Shown: in pieces, positions 7,357 through 15,078 of the stretch | Position numbering within the stretch: the stretch's first letter is position 1 | Layout of the letters: each line of letters opens with the position of its first letter | DNA from: Pseudoalteromonas tetraodonis | Lineage (GTDB): Bacteria; Pseudomonadota; Gammaproteobacteria; Enterobacterales; Alteromonadaceae | Direction of reading: 5' to 3' | NCBI RefSeq assembly: GCF_002310835.1 | Contig: NZ_CP011041.1 | Coordinates: 2,970,001 to 3,002,000 of the forward strand | DNA length: 32,000 nucleotides | Program-made: the position numbers and the translations under genes | The notes under the pieces: model-generated | What the model was told of the DNA's origin: nothing | The model's database searches: none | What the model saw: only the letters and a program-made list of their open reading frames with translations

Positions 7357-7986
7357 ATGAGCAATACACAACATCATAAAAATAACTGGGTATTGGGACT
7401 AACTGGCGGGATTGGCTGTGGTAAAACCGCCGTAAGCAATATGTTGGCAGAACTAGGTATTACTATTGTGGATGCTGATATAGTGGCTCGCCAAGTGGTT
7501 GAACCCGGCACTGATGGCCTAAAAGCGATTATTGCGCATTTTGGCAATGATATACTCGATGAACATGGCGCTTTAAATCGCAGCACGCTAAGAGCGCGCA
7601 TTTTTAGTAACCCTGAGCAAAAAACATGGCTCAATGCCCTGCTGCACCCATTAATACGCACTCAGCTTATTATTGATTTAAAAAACGCGCAAAGCGACTA
7701 CGTGGTGTTAGTTGCCCCACTATTATTTGAAAATGGGCTTGATGGCTACTGTCATCGTACTTTGCTAATAGATGTTCCCAAAGAGGTGCAAATTGCACGT
7801 ACTACACAGCGCGACAAAATAAGCATTGAACAAGCAGAGCAAATTATTGACGCGCAAATGTCTCGAGAGCATAAACAACAAAAAGCGGATGATATTTTAA
7901 ATAATAACCGCGACCTAAGCGATGTAAAACAAGACTTACTTAAACTGCATAATTATTATTTACAGCAAGCTAAGTCTACAATATAA
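7357..7986 (+). CDS. coaE: Dephospho-CoA kinase
   Basis: 209-aa ORF with the P-loop GLTGGIGCGKT. It lies immediately downstream of pilD, as in many gammaproteobacteria. Confidence 0.93.
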   Translation: MSNTQHHKNNWVLGLTGGIGCGKTAVSNMLAELGITIVDADIVARQVVEPGTDGLKAIIAHFGNDILDEHGALNRSTLRARIFSNPEQKTWLNALLHPLIRTQLIIDLKNAQSDYVVLVAPLLFENGLDGYCHRTLLIDVPKEVQIARTTQRDKISIEQAEQIIDAQMSREHKQQKADDILNNNRDLSDVKQDLLKLHNYYLQQAKSTI

Positions 7987-8119
7987 ATAAATTAACCCAA
8001 TCACAGCGCAATAAACTGATATTTTTATCAGTAAAAATCGCTTGGATTGGTACGATTAATGTATTCCTTTCTTTTTTCTGATAAATTGCTGACTAAAGAA
8101 GGATTAAATCAGGTGCGCA

Positions 8120-9796
8120 ATGAATATTAACTCACCGTTATTAAGAAAATTTATTACCCTCGGCCGGGTTGATACTGATACCGTAAAAACACGGCAGCAA
8201 GATTTTGCGTCAACTGCAGAGCTTATCTCTAAATGTGGAAAAATAGACAGTAAAGATTTAGCTGAGCAATGCATTGATTTATTTAGAGTGCCTTTTTTTG
8301 ATTTAAAAGATTTTAATGTTGCACAAATATCAGCTGAGCTGGTTAAAGAAAAACTGATCCGCAAACACCATATTTTGCCTTTGGTACAAAAAGGCAGAAA
8401 AGTGTATATTGCCGCCTCAGATCCTACCGATTATGGTGCCTTCGAAAACTTTGAATTTAGCACGGGTTTATCGTGCGAAGTAGTTGTGGTTGACTACGTC
8501 CAGCTCGATAACAAAATTGAGCAATTACTCGATGCCACTGGCAGTTTAAATTTAAGTGAAGACGAATTTAAAGAGTTCGCTGAACTCGATTCTGAGCAGC
8601 ACAAAGAACACACTCCTAAAGACGATGACAAAGACGACGCCCCGATTATTGTCTACATTAATAAAATTTTAATGGATGCAATAAAAAAAGGCGCCTCAGA
8701 TTTACACTTTGAACCTTATGAACACAAATACCGTATTCGCTTTCGTATTGATGGTATTTTGCACGAAGTAGCCAGTCCGCCAAATACTTTAGCCAGTAAA
8801 TTATCAGCGCGAATAAAAGTAATGTCGCGACTGGATATTGCAGAAAAGCGTAAACCACAAGATGGCCGTATTAAGCTTAAGGTAACAGAGCGTAAAAGCA
8901 TTGATTTTCGTGTTAGTACCATGCCAACTTTGTGGGGCGAAAAAATTGTAATGCGTATTCTTGATTCATCCAGTGCCATGCTAGGTATTGATGTATTAGG
9001 CTATGAACCCGAGCAGAAAAAACTATACCTCGATGCACTTGAGCAACCGCAAGGAATGATTTTGGTTACAGGCCCAACCGGTTCAGGTAAAACGGTTTCT
9101 TTGTATACGGGCTTAAATATACTAAATCAGCCGGAGCGGAATATTAGTACCGCCGAAGATCCGGTAGAAATTAACCTCGAAGGGGTTAACCAAGTACAAA
9201 TAAATACTAAAGCAGATATGACTTTTGCTAATGCACTGCGGGCGTTTTTACGTCAAGATCCCGATGTGGTGATGGTGGGTGAAATACGTGATTTAGAAAC
9301 TGCAGAAATATCAATTAAAGCGGCGCAAACAGGTCACTTGGTGCTCTCAACACTGCATACCAATTCAGCGCCAGAAACGATTACTCGTTTGTTAAATATG
9401 GGTGTACCCGCGTATAATGTGGCCAGTTCTATTAGTTTAATTATAGCTCAGCGTTTAGCCCGAAGGTTATGCTCTAAATGTAAAACACCAGAGCAGTTAC
9501 CTCGCGAAGAGCTTATACGCCAAGGCTTTAGTGAACAACAAATTCAAGACATGGTTTTATACGCACCTAAAGGCTGTGAAAACTGTACCGATGGCTACAA
9601 AGGCCGTGTTGGTATTTACGAAGTAATGAAAATTACGCCTGAAATTGCCCAAATTATAATGCGCGGCGGTAACTCATTAGAAATTGCTGAGGTATCACTT
9701 AAAGCAGGGTTTAATAACATACGCTTATCAGGTCTTCGAAAAGCCGCAGAGGGTGTGACCTCACTTGCTGAGATAAACCGTGTCACTAGTTTTTAA
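8120..9796 (+). CDS. pilB: Type IV pilus assembly ATPase PilB (GspE family)
   Basis: 558-aa ORF with Walker A GPTGSGKT, Asp/His boxes and the tetracysteine motif CSKC...CENC. It shows long stretches of identity to P. aeruginosa PilB (e.g. [49 protein letters not shown]). Confidence 0.95.
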   Translation: MNINSPLLRKFITLGRVDTDTVKTRQQDFASTAELISKCGKIDSKDLAEQCIDLFRVPFFDLKDFNVAQISAELVKEKLIRKHHILPLVQKGRKVYIAASDPTDYGAFENFEFSTGLSCEVVVVDYVQLDNKIEQLLDATGSLNLSEDEFKEFAELDSEQHKEHTPKDDDKDDAPIIVYINKILMDAIKKGASDLHFEPYEHKYRIRFRIDGILHEVASPPNTLASKLSARIKVMSRLDIAEKRKPQDGRIKLKVTERKSIDFRVSTMPTLWGEKIVMRILDSSSAMLGIDVLGYEPEQKKLYLDALEQPQGMILVTGPTGSGKTVSLYTGLNILNQPERNISTAEDPVEINLEGVNQVQINTKADMTFANALRAFLRQDPDVVMVGEIRDLETAEISIKAAQTGHLVLSTLHTNSAPETITRLLNMGVPAYNVASSISLIIAQRLARRLCSKCKTPEQLPREELIRQGFSEQQIQDMVLYAPKGCENCTDGYKGRVGIYEVMKITPEIAQIIMRGGNSLEIAEVSLKAGFNNIRLSGLRKAAEGVTSLAEINRVTSF

Positions 9797-9861
9797 ATAA
9801 AGTGCTTAGTTGCTTAACAATAAATTGAGCGGCTAAGCCTATGTTAATTTGAGAGTAAATT

Positions 9862-10092
9862 ATGCCAACTATGGTTAACTGCCCAAACTGCAAAGCACAA
9901 GTAGAATGGTCAGCACAAAGTCCGCACCGCCCTTTTTGTTCAAAGCGTTGCCAACTTATTGATTTAGGTGAATGGTCGTTTGAAAATAATAAAATTTCCG
10001 CGCCGATTACAGCTGCAGATGAGTTCAATCAAGACATGATTGAAGACATTGAAGCAATGATGGCAAAAAACGAAGATGACTTTTTTAAGTGA
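9862..10092 (+). CDS. yacG: DNA gyrase inhibitor YacG (zinc-finger protein)
   Basis: 76-aa ORF with CPNC...[15 protein letters not shown], the YacG Zn-ribbon signature. Confidence 0.9.
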   Translation: MPTMVNCPNCKAQVEWSAQSPHRPFCSKRCQLIDLGEWSFENNKISAPITAADEFNQDMIEDIEAMMAKNEDDFFK

Positions 10093-10100
10093 TTTTTAAA

Positions 10101-10143
10101 GGTTCGAGGTTCGAGGTTCGAGGTTCGAGGTTCGAGGTTCGAG
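10101..10143 (+). repeat. Perfect heptanucleotide tandem array (GGTTCGA) x6
   Basis: Read directly from the sequence. It starts 8 nt after the yacG stop and ends 7 nt before the terminator stem. Confidence 0.97.
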
Positions 10144-10150
10144 AAATTTA

Positions 10151-10182
10151 AAAACCTTGCAGTTAACATAGCAAGGTTTTTT
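10151..10182. terminator. Bidirectional intrinsic terminator (yacG on +, probably cpxP on -)
   Basis: Perfect 10-bp stem AAAACCTTGC/GCAAGGTTTT and a 10-nt loop. An A-run lies upstream and a T-run downstream, so it can work on both strands. Confidence 0.8.
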
Positions 10183-10187
10183 ATACC

Positions 10188-10229
10188 TGTAGCAGCGGGT
10201 TTACCCCGCGTCAGTATTAGGTTTTAGGT
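10188..10229 (-). repeat. REP-like hairpin unit plus ACCTAAN heptads, in reverse orientation
   Basis: TGTAGCAGCGGGTTTACCCCGCGTC (10188-10212) is the reverse complement of a unit homologous to 2798-2822. AGTATTAGGTTTTAGGT that follows is the reverse complement of ACCTAAA ACCTAAT ACT. Confidence 0.8.
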
Positions 10230-10238
10230 CATTTATCT

Positions 10239-10325
10239 ACCACAGAGGTGCAGAGCACACAGAGAAAGTGACAATAAATGATCTTCTCTCTGTGGAGCGC
10301 AAAGCGCCTCTGCTCCCTCTGTGGT
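10239..10325. other. 87-nt multi-stem palindromic element (candidate structured RNA or palindromic repeat)
   Basis: P1 is ACCACAGAGG (10239-10248) with CCTCTGTGGT (10316-10325), a perfect 10 bp. P2 is GCAGAG (10250-10255) with CTCTGC (10308-10313). P3 is CACAGAGA (10258-10265) with TCTCTGTG (10287-10294), plus 3 further bp. P4 is the mini-hairpin GCGC-AAA-GCGC (10297-10307). The CACAGAG motif occurs four times, twice in each orientation. Confidence 0.55.
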
Positions 10326-10336
10326 TCAAAATATTC

Positions 10337-10435
10337 TGTAGATACAAGGCGGGGCTTCGGGCGACGAGTTTCGATCAGCGGGCTTCGGGTTGCGGACCTC
10401 GCCCCTCGCACCTCGCCCCTCGCACCTCGCCCTAT
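10337..10435. repeat. Partial REP-like unit plus 12 in-phase heptads abutting the cpxP stop codon
   Basis: TGTAGATACAAGGCGGGGCTT lies at 10337-10357. Then come GGGCTTC GGGCGAC GAGTTTC GATCAGC GGGCTTC GGGTTGC GGACCTC GCCCCTC GCACCTC GCCCCTC GCACCTC GCCCTAT (10352-10435). Confidence 0.85.
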
Positions 10436-10908
10436 TACCTGCGGCGCTGCTGTATTTTAGCTAACTTTTCTTTTTGCTCAGCGTTAAGCAGTTGCATTAC
10501 TTGATGCTGGGTTTTCAATTTAATTAATCCCAATTGCTGCTTCTTATCTTGGCGTGCGGTTAATAACTCTTTCGCTGCATTTTCGTCAAAGTTTGGCGCT
10601 GACAATAACGCATCCATCTGCGCTTTATAAGCTTGGCGCTGTGCCTTACGCGCGTCTTTATTTTGGCTTCTTAGTGCTTTAATTTGCGTTTTTTGCGCTG
10701 TAAAAATCGCTTTTAGTTGTGTTTGTTGATCTTCAGTAAGCGCCAGTTTATCTGCAGCTCGCTCAGAGAGTAAAAAGCGTGCTTGAGAGTGCCCTTGTTT
10801 ATGGCCATCACCTTTTGCAAGTGCGCTGCCCGCACTGAGCGTTGCTGCTGTTAAGCCACATATAAGTACTAATTTTGATAGCGTGTTTATCTTAGTCATA
10901 ATCATCAC
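10435..10908 (-). CDS. cpxP: Periplasmic stress adaptor CpxP/Spy family protein
   Basis: 157-aa ORF with a signal peptide (…SAGSALA) and two LTXXQ-type motifs (LTEDQ, LNAEQ). It is divergent from cpxRA, as in E. coli. Confidence 0.85.
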   Translation of the reverse strand: MMIMTKINTLSKLVLICGLTAATLSAGSALAKGDGHKQGHSQARFLLSERAADKLALTEDQQTQLKAIFTAQKTQIKALRSQNKDARKAQRQAYKAQMDALLSAPNFDENAAKELLTARQDKKQQLGLIKLKTQHQVMQLLNAEQKEKLAKIQQRRR

Positions 10909-10986
10909 CTTAATATTGAGTTGGTTGTTGGCTGCTAGCCAGTGTGTTCACTATAACCGGCTCAATGCAAAGTAACGCAAAGCAGT

Positions 10987-11002
10987 GTAAAGGTTATGTA
11001 AA
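10987..11002. promoter_or_regulatory. Putative CpxR-P binding site in the cpxP/cpxR divergent promoter region
   Basis: GTAAA-GGTTAT-GTAAA. The E. coli consensus is GTAAA-N5-GTAAA, whereas the spacer here is 6 nt. Additional GTAA(A/C) pentamers occur nearby (about 10970 and 11028). Confidence 0.4.
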
Positions 11003-11066
11003 GACTAACTTTTAGTACATTAAACGCGTAAAATAAAACCATAAAACAGCGCGTAAGGCTTAATGT

Positions 11067-11756
11067 ATGAAACTATTAATGATTGATGATGACACCGGTT
11101 TATGTGAGCTATTAAGCGAGTATCTGAGCGCACAAGGCTTTAGCATACAAACCGCACATGATGGCCAACAAGGCTTAGAGCTTGCTTTACAAAACAATTA
11201 CGCGCTTATATTACTTGATGTTATGTTGCCCTCTATAGATGGCTTTGAAGTACTCAAACAACTCAGGCAAAGTAAATTAACGCCGGTGATTATGTTGACC
11301 GCTAAAGGTGAAGACTTTGACCGTATTTTTGGTTTAGAGCTCGGCGCTGATGACTATATTCCAAAACCGTTTAACCACCGCGAACTCCTTGCCCGCGTTA
11401 AAGCTATTACTCGCCGTATTGAACACATTAATAGTGTAAGCAATAACAATAATAAAAAGCTCTCTTTAAACGGTATTACTATTAACTTTGCCACGCGTGA
11501 AGCCAGTGTAAATAACACCACACTCACGCTTACGGGTACCGAATACGAAATATTGGCTTTATTAGTAAAACACGCCCCTGATGTTATAAGCAAAGAGCAA
11601 ATAAGCGAAGAGGTACTAGGACGGCGTTTAGCGTCATTTGATCGCTCTATTGATATGCATGTGAGTAATATTCGTAAAAAAATAGCCGAGCATATCGCGG
11701 GGGAAAAAATTAAAACTATTCGAGGGACGGGTTATGTCTTTATCCAAGGAGAGTAA
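11067..11756 (+). CDS. cpxR: OmpR-family envelope-stress response regulator CpxR
   Basis: 229-aa ORF with a receiver domain (DDD...D51...K) and a winged-helix output domain. It is followed by cpxA and is divergent from cpxP. Confidence 0.93.
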   Translation: MKLLMIDDDTGLCELLSEYLSAQGFSIQTAHDGQQGLELALQNNYALILLDVMLPSIDGFEVLKQLRQSKLTPVIMLTAKGEDFDRIFGLELGADDYIPKPFNHRELLARVKAITRRIEHINSVSNNNNKKLSLNGITINFATREASVNNTTLTLTGTEYEILALLVKHAPDVISKEQISEEVLGRRLASFDRSIDMHVSNIRKKIAEHIAGEKIKTIRGTGYVFIQGE

Positions 11757-13161
11757 ATTAACGCGTTTTAGCTGGTTAAGACACCCTCGACATTATTTGT
11801 TTTTTAAAGTCTTTGCTTGGTTTTGGCTAACGATCATTGGCACTTTTACTGCGCTATTTTTCTTAAGTAATATTTCGCTGATCAATGCTATTAGCCATGA
11901 CCCCCTAAAAGGGCCCATGCAAAAAAATCTAGAACACTTGGCTCGAGGTATCGAACGTAGTGCACATAAACACAAGCGATCTATTCATGACATTATTACT
12001 CACCCGCGTTTGAGTAAGCGCAAGTTACTTTATTTAAATTCACTAAGTAGTGATGAGTTTTTGATCAGTAAAAAAGTTGAGAATAATATTGATTTTAGCT
12101 TACTGAACTTTAGTGAAGGCATGCCACCTCAAATTATTTTTACTGAATATTACCAAGCTTTTGGCCCTGTGCGCATTCGAGTACCTGAAGGCGAATTTGA
12201 GTTATATGAAATCGATATAAATCAACAGCGACCGCTCTTTATTCGCTTAAGATTGTTGCCAGTTTGGTTAAAAATTTCTATCGCCATTATCGCCTCACTT
12301 ACATTAAGCTTTTTATTTAGTCGTAACTTAATTGCCCCTATAAATAGCTTAAAACAAGCCGCAACTAGGCTCTCAAATGGCGATTTAAGTGCGCGCGCGG
12401 CAATAAATAGTCAACGAAAAGATGAGCTTGGAGTTTTAGGACGCGATTTTAACCGTATGGCTGTTCAATTAGAGCAACTACTTAGCGCTCAAAAGCGTTT
12501 ACTTGCCGATATATCCCATGAATTGCGCTCCCCACTAACACGCTTAAAAATGGCCACAGGGCTGGCGCAAATGCAAGCGAGTGAGGCCAGCCAATCGTAT
12601 TTATTGCGTATTGAAAAAGAAGCAAATCAACTTGATAAAATGATAGCCGATGTATTGCAGGTATCGCGCTTAGAAGCCAATAGCCAACCTTTATCACTGC
12701 AAGCGCAGTCGTTACAAGTTATTGTTGACCATGTGATTAACGATGCTCAGTTTGAAGCAAAACAGCACAATAAAACGCTGCATATTCAAGGTGATGCTGA
12801 GGTAAATATAGAGTGCGACGAAATGCTGATTGCCAGTGCTCTAGAAAATATTTTACGTAATGCAATTAAATACGCACAACATACTATTAGCATCACCTTA
12901 AAACACAGTGATATCATCACTATACAAATATGTGATGACGGCCCTGGCGTTCCCACAGCGCAACTTGATAAACTATGTGAGCCATTTTTTAGGCAATCAG
13001 ACGCCCGCGACCGAGTCAGCGGCGGCACTGGGCTGGGTTTAGCCATTGCAAAAAATGCGGTGATTGCCCACGGCGGAAATTTAGCTTTATCAAATAAGGA
13101 CGCTGGCGGGTTATGCGTTGAGATAAGCTTACCAATACAAAAGAGAGACCATGTTCTATAG
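11734..13161 (+). CDS. cpxA: Envelope-stress sensor histidine kinase CpxA
   Basis: 475-aa ORF with 2 TM segments, a HAMP domain, the H-box SHELRSPLTRL, and N/G boxes (NAIKYA, DDGPGV, GGTGLGLAI). It overlaps the end of cpxR. Confidence 0.93.
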   Translation: MSLSKESKLTRFSWLRHPRHYLFFKVFAWFWLTIIGTFTALFFLSNISLINAISHDPLKGPMQKNLEHLARGIERSAHKHKRSIHDIITHPRLSKRKLLYLNSLSSDEFLISKKVENNIDFSLLNFSEGMPPQIIFTEYYQAFGPVRIRVPEGEFELYEIDINQQRPLFIRLRLLPVWLKISIAIIASLTLSFLFSRNLIAPINSLKQAATRLSNGDLSARAAINSQRKDELGVLGRDFNRMAVQLEQLLSAQKRLLADISHELRSPLTRLKMATGLAQMQASEASQSYLLRIEKEANQLDKMIADVLQVSRLEANSQPLSLQAQSLQVIVDHVINDAQFEAKQHNKTLHIQGDAEVNIECDEMLIASALENILRNAIKYAQHTISITLKHSDIITIQICDDGPGVPTAQLDKLCEPFFRQSDARDRVSGGTGLGLAIAKNAVIAHGGNLALSNKDAGGLCVEISLPIQKRDHVL

Positions 13162-14095
13162 CAATGAAAGCGAGCTTAAAAGTAACCTGCCTGCCATTAA
13201 TGAGTTTTATACTAATACACTCAAAAAAGCCTATTTAAGCACGGCTGCCGGTAAATTATTTTATGCTTACGCTAAGCCTAAACAGGCTCACACTGCCATT
13301 GTTATTAGTTCTGGGCGCATTGAAGGACTCGATAAATACAAAGAGCTGCTTTGGGAGCTTTATTGTAATAATTTTGCTGTTTTTATTGTTGATCACCAAG
13401 GCCAAGGGCGCTCTTATCGGTTATTAAAAAACCCCCATAAAGGCTATGTCAAACAATTTGAAGATTACAGTCACGATCTCAATCAATTTAATCTTGAGGT
13501 GGTAAAGCAGCATTGGCAAGGTAAAAAACTACTGCTTAGCCATTCAATGGGCGGCGCTATTGCGTTTGATTACTTAGCACGTTACTCACATGACTTTAGT
13601 GGGGCGTTTTTATCTGCGCCCATGTTTGATATTCATACCAAAGGAATACCAAAACCCGTAGCACAGTTTATCGCCGCCAGTGCGTCATTATTAGGGTTCT
13701 CAGGGTGTTATGCGTTAGGACAAAGCGATTATACACCTGAAGAGTTTGCGCTTAACACTTTAACCAGTAGTCAAATACGCTATGATCAATTTAGGGCAAC
13801 TTATCAGCAAACGCCACTATTACAATTAGGCGGTGTTACCTATGGCTGGCTGCATACTGTTTTTTCATTTATTAAAGCGCTCGATAAACTATCCATAACA
13901 ACCCCGTTATTTATAGCCAGCGCAGAAAATGACGAAGTGGTTGATAACCAAGCTCAGCATAAGCTTGCAAGCCGACATAAAAACACCCTAATAAAGCAGT
14001 TTAAAGGGGCTAAGCACGAGCTGTTTTTTGAGCGGGACGAAATTCGCCAACCATTGCTAACAAGCCTTTATAAATTTTGTGATTCAATAGGTTAA
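13151..14095 (+). CDS. pldB: Lysophospholipase L2 (alpha/beta hydrolase)
   Basis: 314-aa ORF alignable with E. coli PldB (SGRIE...KY.EL, DH.GQGRS.RLL.....G.V..F.DY, the nucleophile elbow SHSMGG, GG.TY.W). Its start overlaps the end of cpxA by 11 nt. Confidence 0.85.
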   Translation: MFYSNESELKSNLPAINEFYTNTLKKAYLSTAAGKLFYAYAKPKQAHTAIVISSGRIEGLDKYKELLWELYCNNFAVFIVDHQGQGRSYRLLKNPHKGYVKQFEDYSHDLNQFNLEVVKQHWQGKKLLLSHSMGGAIAFDYLARYSHDFSGAFLSAPMFDIHTKGIPKPVAQFIAASASLLGFSGCYALGQSDYTPEEFALNTLTSSQIRYDQFRATYQQTPLLQLGGVTYGWLHTVFSFIKALDKLSITTPLFIASAENDEVVDNQAQHKLASRHKNTLIKQFKGAKHELFFERDEIRQPLLTSLYKFCDSIG

Positions 14096-14973
14096 CTACT
14101 AAGCGACAGCGGATCTAGGTGAATCAAAATATCAACTTCAGATTCAAATTGCTGAGTGATCATCAGCTCCACTTCATCTGCCACTTTATGGGCACGAATA
14201 AGCGGTAAATTGTCATCAAGCTCTAAATGCAGTTGAATAAACTTAACTTTACCGCCCTGTCGAGTGCGAATACCGTGCACCCCATAAACATCATTATGGT
14301 TACGCGCTATTTCAAAAATACTTTGCTTTTCTTCATCGGGTAGCTCTTTGTCCATTAAATGCGAGGCACTTTCGGTTGCTATATCCCAACTGTTATACAA
14401 TAAATAACCTGCCACACCGATAGCAAACAATGGGTCGGCATACAGTACGCCATAATAGGCGAGTAAAATAGCAAGCAATACCGCCGCATTTAAAATTAAA
14501 TCGCCCTTGTAGTGAACGGAGTCGGCTTTTATAGCGATTGATTCTGTGTGCTTCACGACTTTATTTTGCACAAATACAATTACCAAAGTACAAGCAATGG
14601 CAAAAATACTCACCCATACACCTAATAATGAGTGCGAAAGCTCTACTGGGTTTATTAATCGCTCGATACCGTGAAACATTAATAAACAGCCCGAGCCCGC
14701 AATAAATGCGGCTTGGCCTAACCCTGCAAGCGCCTCCGCTTTACCGTGACCAAACCGGTGGTCATCATCCGCAGGACGCAGTGCATACGATAAAACTAAA
14801 AAGCTCATTAGCGTCGCGGTAATATCCATTAATGAATCAGTGAGTGAGCCAAGCATCGACGCCGAACCCGACGCAAGCCACGCCCATGCTTTGGTCGCAA
14901 TCATTAGGCTGACCATAATCATGGTCACTATACTGGAGGCCTTGACCCAAAATTCATAACTGCGATTATGCAC
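14092..14973 (-). CDS. fieF: Cation diffusion facilitator family Fe/Zn efflux transporter
   Basis: 293-aa ORF with a 6-TM CDF layout, metal-site motifs (DSLMD, HYKGD) and a C-terminal cytoplasmic domain. Confidence 0.88.
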   Translation of the reverse strand: MHNRSYEFWVKASSIVTMIMVSLMIATKAWAWLASGSASMLGSLTDSLMDITATLMSFLVLSYALRPADDDHRFGHGKAEALAGLGQAAFIAGSGCLLMFHGIERLINPVELSHSLLGVWVSIFAIACTLVIVFVQNKVVKHTESIAIKADSVHYKGDLILNAAVLLAILLAYYGVLYADPLFAIGVAGYLLYNSWDIATESASHLMDKELPDEEKQSIFEIARNHNDVYGVHGIRTRQGGKVKFIQLHLELDDNLPLIRAHKVADEVELMITQQFESEVDILIHLDPLSLSS

Positions 14974-15078
14974 GTATCTTTCCGTTGTAAGCTGTATTTA
15001 ATGTTTTCAGTATATCATTTTTTATTCATTGTTCGTGTATACTGACCCCGTCAAATTAAAGATTTTATAGGGCTTATT

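Noticed and set aside
10101-10143. The GGTTCGA units resemble the tRNA T-arm/loop consensus (GGTTCGAATCC). I considered a tRNA or tRNA-derived element, and also a CRISPR array.
   Set aside because: No acceptor, D or anticodon arms can be drawn, so there is no cloverleaf. The units are contiguous 7-mers with no spacers, far shorter than CRISPR repeats, and no cas genes are present.
10229-10504. Three 60-78-aa ORFs (10229-10411 on the minus strand; 10268-10504 and 10278-10460 on the plus strand)
   Set aside because: They run through the heptad arrays and the palindromic element and into cpxP antisense. Their Arg/Pro/Ser-rich translations reflect repeat composition. They overlap each other in different frames and lack RBSs.
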